DNA from: Catajapyx aquilonaris | Lineage: Eukaryota | DNA: 64,000 nt | Reading direction: 5' to 3' | Assembly: GCA_000934665.2 (NCBI GenBank) | Contig: JYFJ02000540.1 | Span: 124,001 to 188,000, forward strand | Shown here: positions 51,401 to 64,000 of the stretch, piece by piece | Layout: each line of letters starts with the position of its first letter | Position numbering within the stretch: position 1 is the stretch's first letter | Notes under the pieces: model-generated | What the model was told of the DNA's origin: nothing | The model's database searches: none | What the model saw: the letters and a program-made list of their open reading frames with translations, nothing else | Made by a program: the position numbers and the translations under genes

Positions 51401-54400
51401 ATCGGATGCGGTATAGAATGCTGATAAATTTGTCAGTGAGCAGAGTCTGTAAATAGTAAGTCCGCGAATCCCACAGTTAATCCCGGTGTACAGTTAGAAA
51501 GAGTATGAGAGATAAGCAAAAGCCTCTCATTGGCTCAATGTGTTGTATAATATGTGTGCACAATTTTTAGGGCTTTGTAGGCAGAGGTTCATGAATGAAT
51601 TTCATTGATGTTTGCGAGATATTGCTGATGCAGTTGACATTTCTTCAAATGGAATAAAGATTTCATTTTTTATCAGTTTTAGTGAATAATTTGGGCAAAT
51701 ATACAAATAAAAGTTGCTTCTGTTCACCTCCATATTATACACTGCAGAATATACCTTTTCGTCTCCCCTTGTTTACCTCGGTGATGTCCTCTCCCTGGTG
51801 TGGTCACCATGGCTGGTGGCTATATACCTGCTGCTTAGTGAGGTTTGGAACTTTCATCTCTCCACCATCCATCCATCCACCCTGGCCACCCCCACCCTGT
51901 GGGAAAAGCGTCATAGTCCTAACATCTCATTATCGTCGAAGCCAAACATACTGCTCTTCTAAGCTGCTTGGGAACATCACACGCTGCAAAATCCGATGAT
52001 GAGTTCAGCTTGCACCATGCTCAACTTATGCTGCTTTGCTGCAGCTGCACGACCTCAATAAGTTGCGATTCTCAACGACAATAGTCTTCTCACATTCACT
52101 TCAACCCAAGTGCAATGGATCCATCTGCAAGTGAAAGCCGCAACTCAAGTTTGAAACACTATAGCATCAAGATCATTCTGAATTAACTGGTTGCTCTTAT
52201 ATCAAATTATTCAGCTAATAATGGCGGTAAATGGTTCATGACCATTCTCGCAAAATATTCGCCATCATTCTGCTTATCACACCTCCGCTAAATTCAACTA
52301 CGCAAATTTCGCCGAGCAAGCGACGTACGTCTCCGCAAAATATTCGCCCATTTCCGTCCAACAACCGAGCGCTAATGTCAGCGCAAGATCACCCCCTCTC
52401 AGCTCCCCCAAAAAATACACAAGCCCACCAGGGCACAACTTGTAGGCCACTAAAAGTTACAACCCCGAGGCCACAATTGCCAATTACTCCCACGAAAATG
52501 ACCCATTTTTGCTCCCCCCCCCTCTACGGCTCAAGTTCTCATGATTATGCGAAGACTTGAGGGGGATATTTTAAGCCATAACATTTTTTGCAAAAAAATG
52601 GGTGACATTTTCAACCCCCCCAAAGTGTGTCTCTTCAAGTGTTCATAACCGAGTCAGAGCAACAATTGATTTACGTGCTATACAAGTTGATTGCTTCACA
52701 GGGATTCAAACTTGCATTCTGTTTGTGTTGGCTGCGGGCTGCGGGTTCAGGTTGAGGCCATCAATTTGTGGATATTTGCATCGGACAACGCCGGGCTAAT
52801 ATTGCAGAAAACTAATCAACTTGTGATGCAATAATTAGTTACTTCCTTCCCCACCTATGCGCCTCCCCCCCCAGCACCGGTTTTAGTGTTGGTTTCACGG
52901 GTGATGGCTCCGGATCATTTGTTACACGCAATAAACCGTATGATTTGTGCATTTTATACGTCGTATATTGATTTCGGTGATATCCGGGGACTATTTTAGG
53001 GGAAAAGTAATTGGTACACATTATTGTCAATATATCGAATTTCGTGCACCAATTGATGCGATGATTGAACTGCCTTAAGATTATGGCTAATTGAAGTCAT
53101 TGATTATATTGGTATATCAACATTACAGTGTAAAAAGAGCAAAAGTTGGTATGACACTGTAGCTTTCTGAAAAAATTGTCATAACGCAATTACACTGTAC
53201 AGCGTTATTTTATCGCCCAACAGCACGTTGCAAATGTCACACACAATATAAAAAACGCGTTTATTGACCGGCTTTCTCTGTGAAGTTCCACGCCTTTTGA
53301 TCCAAAATAAAACCGCAGCATGAAGCATGATTTAGCTAAAAAATTAACCGTACAACATAGGCCTATAAACATTAAACCGTGTGAACAATTAATAGCTCGA
53401 ATATCCAATTAATTAATACTTTGTCGCTATATGCAGTCTGGATTATAATTTAACTTAACTATACGTACTCCCATAGTGTTTTTCACAAACGGGCTCGTTC
53501 AAGTGCATGATCATAATTTTAAAAAGCGATGAGTAAGTGAATTACAGCTCTGAATAAATACACGTCAAAGTACAGCTTTCATCAGCTTAAACATTGCGTA
53601 ACCGACTGACACACGTTAATTATACCGTCCGATTACAACATGCTTGCATACCCTTCACAGCACACGACCTATTCGAAGAGGGAAAAAAAGGAGGAATTTT
53701 CCCAGCTCAGGAAAAAAAAAGACGATTCAGATTTTATGACCCGGTGGACCCGGAAACGACTTATTTTCTCCCCCGATCCAGCGATCATGTTTGAGTAAAG
53801 AAAAGCCACTCTGGACTGAATAAATGGCTTCCTGATCCGGATCCGGGAAACGTACACCTCAGTTTCACATCATATTCCTCATAGGAAACCGGTCGATTTC
53901 AAGGGGGATCCTCTTCAAATATAGTTTAAAGGTCGTAACTATAGAAACTGCATTATATTATACCTTTCACAACTAAATCTGATGAAAAATGGGACGTCCC
54001 GGATAGAAAAACTCTTGAATCCGGGATCCTCACATTTTGGGGGGGTGCGGAGGTGTACAGAGTGAGTCGTGAGATTATAAAAGAGGTTTTTGCGACTAGT
54101 GGAAGAGAAAGTTTTCGCGATGCGACGATCTCTTCATATTTTCCAAGGCGGAAGTTGACTGCACGCTGAAACCTTTCCATAGCTTTTTAGTAGAAGGAGG
54201 AGGAGGAGGGGAGAAAGGAGAGGGGGGAAAAAGTTTTATCGTGCTTTTCCCAGGTTGAGATGGAAGGAGGCAAAGGTCGTTTGCCGGTATTTCATCTCTC
54301 GAGGGAATCCCAAAGAGAGGAAGAAGCTTTTATCTCGCCGCCTTCTGCAAGTCACAAAACAATGACAACACAAAGTTTTTGGGGGGGAGGCCCAAAGCTT

Positions 54401-55979
54401 AAAATATTGCTCCTCCTTTATAATCCACTCCTTATATGAGAAAAAGTTTGCCATTCGAAGAAAATATCGGCGATGATTAGTTCAGCTCTGCATTAACATT
54501 AGCAATATATGAAGCTCAAATTGAAATGTTGTGCACACTACCTTCAATGTAAATTATTCACGATTGCAGCTATAACATGCGCTGTACGTATATGTTGAAC
54601 AAACTACGAGCTAATAACAATTCGCAATTAACATAAGTAGGGTGTAGCCCGGTGTAACCAAAATGACAAATGGGCGAGGCCTATGTGCTTAATGATAAGG
54701 ACATTGAAAGTAATTATGTGTTATGTCGAGGAATTTGACATTTTATTGCAAAATGAATACTTTATAAAATTCCAAGACCGTACACCACTAATAAATGCGT
54801 ATGTGGGAGTTAACATTAAAGCAGACAAGTAGAAGAACATTTCGACGTCTCCTAATCGAGTCAAAGAAAAGTAGAGGGTTTTTTCCCCCAAAGTCAAGCT
54901 GGTCAAAAAGCCAAGGCCCAACCCCCCTCTATCCCCACTTGTTCCATGTGAGGCACGATGAAAGGAAAAGGAAAAGGACGGAGCGGCTACAGAAAACGCA
55001 ATTATGCCTTTAATTGGCAGAGGGAGCTGCAGGAGCTGGAAACCCGCAGATTTTCCAACGTAGTTTGCGGCTTTCAGAAACGGAAAAGGAGGGAAAAAGG
55101 ACCAGAAGCCAGAGAGAAAAAAATACTACACAAACATATCCTGCTGTACACCAGCTAGTCCCTTGCATTAAAGAGCGACTCCTGCAATGTAATTAGTATT
55201 AGGTCAATTTTGATCTAAATTAAATAAGAATCGATCCAAAACAATGTCACCTTTCCATACAATGAAAGCTTACAGTGTGAATGAAAGTACCCTTTAAAAA
55301 GCGTTAATAATCCAGCCATTTCCGACAGGTAAACGGATGTAATCAGATCAAGCAAATGAGCTTCTATCGCAGCCTAAAAAAACGAACGATAGAAGCCCCC
55401 CCCCCCCTCTTTTTTTGTACCCTAAAAAATGTTCAAATTCCTGGCGTTTCTGCCACAGTGCATTTGCGGCAAGCTTGGAATAGTTACTTGATCGAACGAA
55501 ATTTCAGGAGAGCTAGAGAGGGGAGGCTGCATCGGGTTACAAACGTACGTGACTCTGAACTATACAATTCAGCCTTGGAATAGTTCAGACAACAATATCA
55601 ACAGTGCGATCCAACAATTGCGGATTCTCTCGTGTACTTTATATCTACATAAGATATCTACAGAACATGAACTGTTCGAGTGCAGATGTCGGTTTAAAAA
55701 AATATTTTTGGAGCTCTCTCGAAAGGCCCTCTCAGAAAACGAAACTTTCGGATGTGTCTGGCTCGTGTTTTTTGGATCGTGATAAATTAATTCCGAGCGA
55801 GCTTTAATTGGGAACCGTGTATCCGCTTAACTCAATTTCGCGAGTTATCCAACCGCTGTCCGAAAATTCGCGCCTGGTTTCAACCACTAATATTTCATGC
55901 TCGAACTACGCACCTTCAACTAGCCCAACAAAATAATACATGTTCTCTCTTTTTGTGTGTGTGTGTGTAAATCTTGCAA

Positions 55980-56280
55980 TTAATGGAACATGGTCGCGGA
56001 TGACTGCGGGCAAGTTATATTAGATATTCTTGTCGGTTTGAATTATCCTCTCCGTTGCATTATTGATACAAGGTTCACTTGAACATTCGTGCATTAACCT
56101 TTATGAGATTCCTTCCAGTCCTCTCTATAGAACATTCCTGTGAGCCTTTTCAGCCTCCTGCAGGAAACACACTGAGGGGGAATTTCTTCAGCGCAATTAC
56201 ACTTGACTAATCTATACTGAAAAGTACTCTCTTTGTATCACAAAGGGCAGGTTTCTTTTTGTCTACATTCTACACACAAA
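55980..56280 (+). mobile_element. Decayed L2-like ORF2 fragment
   Basis: RAS, LLIQGSLEHSC (IRSxLExSC) and SLYHKGQVSFCL (TLxxRRxxLCL) occur in order. Confidence 0.3.
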
Positions 56281-59200
56281 AAAAACGTAATTAAGATCCC
56301 TTTGGGTGTCAACTTGGAGGTTTGAGAGGGGAGGGGGGGAAAGTTCGGAAAGTGATCTTGGAGGAATCCCGGAATTTTAAATTACGTCAGGGGAGGTGTT
56401 CCATTATCCCAGAGTGGAACAAAAGGGGAGAAGAAAACTACGGGGGCCCGAATCCCCCCCTCCTCCGTAACCGCTCATTTTCACAGAGTCAACCGAGCTA
56501 ACATCTCTTATCCCCATTGCCGGATCGAAGAGTCCTGTCAGTCGGCTCCAAAGACAGTTTAATGGTTTTCTCCGGCAAACCAAACTTTTGCTCGCCCAAT
56601 GACTTGTGACTTGCAACTCTTGGAGTTCCAGGCCTCCAAAGACCACGGTCGTCTTCTGCAAACAAAAGGGGTGGGGAGGGGGAGAGGAAGAAACGTCCGC
56701 TTCATAAATCTCTCTTTTCTCCAGCAGAATGTGCCGCCTTTTTCGTCATCCCTTTGGTTGGCTTTATATTCCGCATCTTCCGGAGACGACGACTCTTCTC
56801 CGCATAGCCGAACATAACTTATCAGCATATGGCCCCGGCTACACTGCTTGTGTGGTGAAAACTACAGGGGCAATACGTTACGATGACAAACGGCGAAATG
56901 TGGCATGTAGGGAAAATGTATGGCCGAAATTTTCAAACTACATCCGGAGAAGCTAACTTTATGTCTGTTTATACGACAATGATTAAATAACGCTTGTTCC
57001 CCCCCCCTCTCCAATAAATCAATTGGGGAAATATTTTTTTTTAAATAACTTATCTATGCGGAAATCACATTTCCCAATTCATATCCAGCATGAAACGAAA
57101 AAATGTGCAGAGAATGCATGTTGAGCATCATGCTTCATTCACTAATGTACTCTACACGTTTTAAACAATGTGTAACATTCATTAATACAGGGTCACGCTT
57201 CACAGCATGCTCATAAACCGTAATGTTATTGTAAAAGTATTCGGCACTCATCGTGTTTCCCTTTGCCTGTGTGCGTTACGGTCTGCTGAATAATTTTCAA
57301 TCAACGTTAACCAAATGCTCGCGATTTAGGGCTACACCCTGTAATTATGCGTTTCATCAACTTCGTTTAAAATAGTATATTGCAGATATAATTTTACGTT
57401 GTTGTATTGCATCCGGGTAATAATGTAAAATTTGCGGTTTCGCCCAAATCGCCAGGTATGCTTCGTAATGGATGGACGCCATTACTCGCTGTTCATATAA
57501 AGACCTCAAATAAACCGCACAAAATTCTGGATTCCGTTTTAAGCTTAAATAAGTTTCAAATCCCTCACAAACTCTTGCACACACTCCACAGTCTGATACT
57601 ATACTGTACATTTGTACACATTATGCTTTTAAAAGAAAGTTGTATGGGTTTCTGTCTGATGTTTTCAAAGATGTGCATTTTTGTGCAGTAAAGCATTATA
57701 GACCAGTTTCTGCACAGTGCTAGAGTTTTTAAATAATATCGTGGTTTTGTCCTGCAGCAACATTCTCTTTTGACTTCATTTCGGTTCCTCATACAGTTAG
57801 TTTAGGCGAACGTCATTTCATAAGGGTTGGAACGAAAAGAGCTTACAGTAACAAGGAGACGTACCGAGAAATTGTATGCTGTGAACTGTAAGCCTAAACA
57901 ACTCTATAGGGTCTAGGATATACATGTGTGCTAATCCACTCTGTTTTTGATGGAAGTAAAGTACTGAAGTAGCAGCAAGTAATGAACAAGATGTACTTTA
58001 AGTTCCACGTTTATTACTAGAACTAGGTGGGGTCCATTCAGTTGTGTTCTCTCAGTTCGATCGAGTTCTACCAACGGTATTATCATCATTTCTGCAGAAA
58101 CTCTGCTGGTGAGAGACCATTCACTCCTTCCTGCACGTTTGACTCACATCGGAAATGGAGGCCAGAAAACGAGCACCCCCACAAAAAAAACCCTCGTGGA
58201 GGGATCTGCACCAGCTTCGTTAATCCCAGAATCATGGATCAGAGGCCTCTCTCTCCCACACCCCTTCCACTTCTTCCCCTATCTGGTTCCGGAGATAAAC
58301 GAGATTACCTAGTCGACTCCTTCCATCCACCTCTCCAGAGAGAGGCCTGATTGGTGCGGGAAATCCCCGCAAGGCGTTTGCTCCACCTACCTTCGTTCCC
58401 CGCAAAACTTTGTCAGCTTCTGGGAGTTTCCATCAGGTGAAATTTCGGCTCCTATTTTTTTGTGTGGAAAATGCAGGAAACCTGTGGGTTTTCCGGGTAG
58501 TCCTGACCGGATGAGGCGAGAGGAGCCTCTTCAGGTCCTTTTCGCCTCTTTCGCTCCGTTGAAGACAGGTAAACATGCTTCCCTCATACATTGGGAAGCA
58601 TCGGATTACACCCTGTCCGCACACCTGATCAAAGGGGGGCTAGAGAGTACTCGTCCGTTTTCAAAGTTTGCATGCCAGAGAAAGTGCAGTGAGTAGAGAG
58701 ACCAGCAGAGAGGATTAAACTTCACCCTCTCTCTCTCTCTCTCTACCCCCATTTTCCCCTTGCATTGTAACGTAATTAACGCATTTTACATGCTTGACCC
58801 ACCAGGTAATTGCCCACTTGTCTATTTCGAGGGTAATGGCCCAACAGCCCTTCACTATATGAAAATGGCTTCCTGCAACGCTGTAAGGTAACTTGATTAC
58901 GGGAGAGGGATTTTCGGCTTGTCAAAATCCGTCTGCGTCGCTGTCGAAAGAATGTAGAGTGTGGCCCTTGTAATGCTGTAATGAATCGGATCAGGGCGGA
59001 TGCCACGTTTTTGCAAGAATAAAATAAGGTCTTGCCTTAGGTTCATGAAGAAGTAGTAAAGGGCCTTGAAATACCACAGGGTTATTTTCTAGCTAAGAGG
59101 ATTATGTTTTCTCAAGATACAGAATTCAGGTCATCCTTACGTTATTACAAAACAGCGCAGTATGGTTCGTAAGTAATTATTGAGCACTTCAGGCAAAGTT

Positions 59201-60519
59201 GTCTCCGGATGATGATGTTCACAAAATTATTAATATTAGAATAATCAATACTATGGTCAATTGATGGCTATCAATTCCGCCACACCGTTGACGAAACAGC
59301 TATTAATAATATTGCTTTTAATAACAAATACTATACACTGTACCGCTGTAATAATATCAGAAGGCTATATCACTACAGTAAAAACAGGTTTAATAATGAC
59401 TTCCTAATGCAAACAATTACATAACAATAGGCCTACATCAGTTACTGTTAATTGCATTCATGTTGGCGTATGAGTAAAAAAACACTCCACTTTGAATTAT
59501 TAATATTTGAATGGTAGAATAATTAGCATATTTTTATCGCAATCATTGAATGAATCATTACGTAAAATAATGCTGATGAAAAGGACAGTTTTTCTTAACG
59601 TCACTCCCCTTGACAAAATAATTACGTGTAATACAATCTGATATCTCAATATTACTCCAATCTCCCTCGTTCTACTGTGCAGATCTGGCCATATCAATAG
59701 TAGGTGTAATCAGGAAAATTCTCGCCTAAAATTTTGCTTTAATAAAAACGTGGTCGCCCAGTAGCAGACATCGCGCCACGATGCCATTTTTGTTTATGCA
59801 CCCCCCAAAAAATGGCGAGTTGAAGTAAGATGGCATCTCTCGCGAAATAAGTTGAGGGTCGGCAAAAAGAAGGGGGGGGGGGAAGAAACTTTTGGCACGA
59901 CTTTTAAATTACACTTGACTCTGCAGGTTATTTATTCCAGCAGAATAAATCGGTGGTAGCGGGAGAGGGAGGAGTGCCCAGAGACATTTATAACTCTGGG
60001 TATACACAAGGAAGCCCCGGAAATGAAGAAGTTGACAGTCGAGATTCCATTCCATGTGCTGTTGCCACTAGTCAACTTTCGCACTTTTATCTGTATCAAA
60101 TTGAATGTTCTCTCTCTAGGGCATGTCCCACCAACTGCATATAAGAGAGAGGCCACCGGAAAACGTTTCCTATCTCTGTTGCTGACCACCCCATTTGGAT
60201 TCCATTGTTACACGCAACAATGTCCTTCAACTCTGCTGCGGCGACTAACCTATAAATGGACTATGCGAATGATTATTATCTCACGTCAGCCCTTGGCAAT
60301 AATGGCCTGGAAGAGGGGGGGGGGGTCTTATCAGACATCACGGGCAAGCGCACAAACTGCGGGAAGCATTGTTATTTTATTATATTGCTTGCGTAATATT
60401 GTTATGCATGCTTCAGATAGGCTTTGCTTGAGCTTGGTAAACTTATTCACTCCATGGCTTTTGTGGTGCTTAAGAGGTTAGTACACCTAATATGATGCTA
60501 AGTAAGTGCATGTTTTGCA

Positions 60520-60880
60520 TTGTTAGGCATTGTTGACCCTAGAAACAATCATGTCGTGATTGTTGCTTCCCTTTAAAGTTGTGGTTGAAGTGAACAAGCT
60601 GAAATATTTTTCGCTCTCCATTGTTTGTGTGTGTATTTGAATAACTGATAGTACAGAGAAAAAGTGTGTAATGCGGGCTTTGCTATGGTTCTGGCCAAAA
60701 TGGCATACGTAACAATGAAGGTTGGAGAAAATAGCGGATTTGTTTGCTGCAACTAGTATAAACAGAAACAACAATCCTGGATTCACATGTGCTCATTACA
60801 GCTTCTGTTTAAACTAGTTGGAGTAAACAGCAGTTTGTCCCTAAACCCATGATTGTTACACTAGCTGTAACCTTGGAAGT
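60520..60880 (+). mobile_element. Decayed CR1-like ORF2 fragment
   Basis: LLPFKVVVEVNKLKYFS (LxLFKxLVxSxLEYxS), EKK..RA and RLEKIADLF (ERLxxLxL). Confidence 0.3.
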
Positions 60881-63099
60881 TTGCACTCAGCCAGTTACAT
60901 CAAACTCTCATTATTTTGTATACAATCCGCTACTGCATAGAGGTGGACAATAATCAGTGTCAAGTTCAGTGGGCAATAAAAAAAAGCCACAAGTGTTCCT
61001 TTGTGTGTACTTCTCGCTTGCTCTCCTTTATTCGCAATGTTATCCACCTTCACACCATTTAAAAAAAATAAACGCATGTTGTAAAAAAACACAAAAGTAC
61101 AGGAAATCAGTACAATTGTGTCGCCCGAAGCACGTTTTGTTAAAGTTTCTCACTTGTATAGGAAGGGGACCACTTAGAAGCAAAATATTGCTGCCATATG
61201 CAGTACAGTACCCATCCTTTGTACAGTGCAATTGCATTTCATTTTTATCACTAAACGAGATGTTTAAAACGTGTACAAATTTGCGCGTCAGGTGTCGGAA
61301 TTTGAAGCCCAACTACTGGTACGTAAGTTTGCATCTCTAGAGTATAATAATTTCCGAAAAAAAAAACCTATTATCAGTTCATCACACATTGATTTGTCCA
61401 TCCAACCTTATATGCAACAATGTCTCTAAGCCCTTCTAAAAATACCCCTGGAGCAATTAGGTTCATCCCAGCACATGTTTACAAGCTCTGGTTATAATAA
61501 CAGTAATGTAAGTGAGTCTGCCGCAAAGACCGCACAGAGCACAAAAGGTAAGCAAGCGACAACACAAGCCTGCAGTCATAAATTATGTTTCTGCTTGTTT
61601 TAAGCGTCCTCCAGGGCGTCATACTAACACTAGGTGGGTAGAAAGGGGGGGGGGGGAGAGGGGGGAGGACCTGAAGAACCACGGGGCGTATTTCCTTCCG
61701 GAGAAAAAGCATCCGGGGCTTTTCCCGGAGTCCCAATCCGGGGAAATAACTTCGCCTCAATTAAAAGTTCCACCCGGATCTATTGCCCGGAGGGGCTGCG
61801 GGAGATAAATTCTCCGAAGGGAACACTCAAACGGAGAAATGCGTTTAGCCAAACTAGACCTAATTACTAAACACAGACTTTTAATTAGAAGTGTGCTCAA
61901 ACCTCCCTTTGCAGTTTATTACTATACAAAATAATAAATGCCCGATTTTTTTTAATGTGCAAAAAAATTTATATTAGTCTGCTGTGTACCGTATATATAG
62001 TTTCACCCAGGTGAAACTGGTTCTGCGCTTGGTTTTAAACGCGCAGGCCATCCTTGTTAATTTAAATTAGGTTTATAATTAGATTCTTAGCTCTGGCACA
62101 CATTCGGTTAGGCGACATTAGCCGTGGCAGGGGGGATTCAATTTGGTTTCTGCACCGGCTCGACATTCAACGTGCCGTTAGATGACAGAATCACATATGC
62201 CGTGTATGGCACTCGGAGCAGATGATCACGTGAAAAGTGCAGCATCTGAAATAACTAAAGCGCAAAGAAATATATTAATGAAACAGTGAATCATGCGGGT
62301 GGTTTTGTTTTGAAGGGAGGACCCTGTAGCTTTTTATTTCAATAATTGCAAGTTGATTTTCGGTGTGAGGTTGTTGCAGTGTGTAAATGGAGGCAGATTT
62401 TTTAGTGAGTGCCTACCATAACAGTTCTGCTGAGTGAGTACATGTGTAGTAAGTCAGTTCAGACATGTTTGCACTGTGCTGCTAAATAAATTACTAACTA
62501 TTTTTCCCTTCAACACATCATGTAGGTAATTTGAACTATTGTTGCAACATTGTTGTCGAGTTCTTGGCACAAACACCACAGGAACCGGGTCATTAGCGCA
62601 GGTAAACTAGATAGACGGCCTGACAGTTATGTTGTGTAATCCGTCAAATAAATGTGTAATCCCGCGCATCGGGACGTTCATTTTTAATTACCCTAACTAT
62701 ATACACTTGCCGCACTACCCGCAAAAACAAGAGTCGGGATAATCTCTTCGGACAAATTGCGCACATTGGGATCGGGAAGCTTCGGACGCGAAAACTTCTT
62801 CATCGTAACAGAGTGCGGGGACATTTATTTTTTCATCCCGCCTTACATCACCCGGGTACCAGGAAAAGCGTCCTGAATCCCGGTCCCCTGCATTTTGCAA
62901 AGTCCTCGGTAATCCCTTTCCAACACGGATTAGGTAGACTATTCCACGAGTTATCAAGCTTTGCACTCGCGAGTGGAGGATTCGTGTAGCATAGGTTCAT
63001 ATAAGTAGGCAGCACTATGAGAATGAAACCTCACCCTCAAAAAAATATGAACATTTTTTTCAAAAAAAATAATCCTGCTTAGTACCTCGCGCATATACA

Positions 63100-63400
63100 T
63101 GGCTAATGAAAGAAAGTACTGTACTTGCTTCAGGTTACGGCAGCACACAAGCCCGGGATGTTCTTGAAATAAAATAAACCCCATGAAATGTTATCTGAGC
63201 AAATATTAATCATACCGAAGAGAGGATCTCCAATACTGGAAAATTGAGTTTGGAGGAGTTCAAGGCCGGAATCCCTGGAAGCAGATATACCTTACAGAAA
63301 ATTACATCTTGTCCACGGTATATACCAGCAGTAAAAAGCATCCACATGATTTCCCAGCACGGAATTTTATAGAAACTTCAGCAACCATAAACAGGGGAGG
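63100..63400 (+). mobile_element. Decayed L2-like ORF2 fragment
   Basis: LQVTAAHKPGMFL (LEVVxxHKxLG), NHTEERISNTGKLSLEEFKAGIP (HxxxIxSKAxKRL..LKxAGxP) and ILSTVYTS..P.DF.A (DLVTVYTS..PxLEYxA). Confidence 0.45.
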
Positions 63401-64000
63401 GGCAATAATGAAATGCTTCAGATGAATGATTAAAAGCCGGCTGCATGTTACAGCTTTATAACATGTAATGAATTTAATGATCCGAAACAAAAATTGGCGA
63501 CAACGCCCTTATCAAAAATGGAGCATCACCTAAGCAGCTTCTTCTAAGTGTTCCTGTCAACTTGGCAGCGTTTCTAGAGGTTAAAGAGACGGTCGGGCGG
63601 GTCCAAAGCCCAGCTTCCAAATCGGTCTCCAGGGAGGAATCCCATTCATCATTCTGGTGGTCACACCGAGGCGCGTGTCCGAGGTCAAGTTGGTAGCCTA
63701 AAGCATCGTGTGCTTTCCGTCCTCCCTCCCCAAAGGACCTCCTTTGAAGTTTCCTCCGACCTAATTTGTCACTCCGATGTTCCTTATGAAGAGCCTCATT
63801 AGGCAAATGAGTTTTCAACGAGAAGCAGAGTAATTGCTGGTGGTCAACGCCCAGACCTTCATTAGATTAACTCGCGCTTTTATTATATCTGAAAAGCCAG
63901 GGTCAGCTCTTGAGAAGAAGCAGAGCGGCTTCATTTATTACCAGGCCACGTGAGGATACTGCTGGACCAATCGCGAGTCGAGCCTGGAATAATCGACAAG

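Noticed and set aside
57186..57343. TACAGGGT...ACCCTGTA mariner-like MITE ends (related words near 12430, 18040 and 54637)
   Set aside because: Only 8 bp of terminal match, too decayed to call.
2451..62020. Short palindromes (AGTAACGTTACT ~2462, TTTTTTGCAAAAAA ~52587, AGTTTCACC-CA-GGTGAAACT ~61999)
   Set aside because: Short and expected by chance in AT-rich, homopolymer-rich DNA.
1..64000. Apparent abundance of TAATCC/GGATTA K50-homeodomain sites
   Set aside because: A rough tally is about what base composition predicts, so no enrichment can be claimed.
1..64000. CRISPR arrays, rRNA, operons, Dscam-like tandem exon arrays, conserved miRNAs
   Set aside because: None seen: no regularly spaced repeat-spacer units or paralogous exon series. 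The miRNA scan by eye was not exhaustive.

Overview
This window is eukaryotic, metazoan-looking (probably invertebrate/arthropod-like) and almost entirely non-coding. No ORF in the six-frame track is an intact recognisable gene, and I found no rRNA, convincing tRNA, CRISPR array or prokaryotic system. What the sequence does support: (1) more than ten heavily decayed fragments of L2/CR1-group non-LTR retrotransposon ORF2 (RT core and C-terminal region), recognised by eye from colinear protein motifs across stops and frameshifts; (2) several short TIR-bearing MITEs, including an inverted pair at 24662-24886 and 27112-27327 and a TA-flanked pogo-like MITE at 31000-31210; (3) a 150-bp foldback built from two 66-bp units (8988-9137); (4) microsatellites; (5) the tentative 5' end of a large-intron minus-strand gene, with a promoter-like GC-rich first exon (~31548-31355) and a 93-bp exon (24493-24401) encoding a signal-peptide-like start. 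All protein similarities are remembered-motif comparisons, not database hits, and the fossil boundaries are approximate. I cannot support a claim of a wholly new biological system here.
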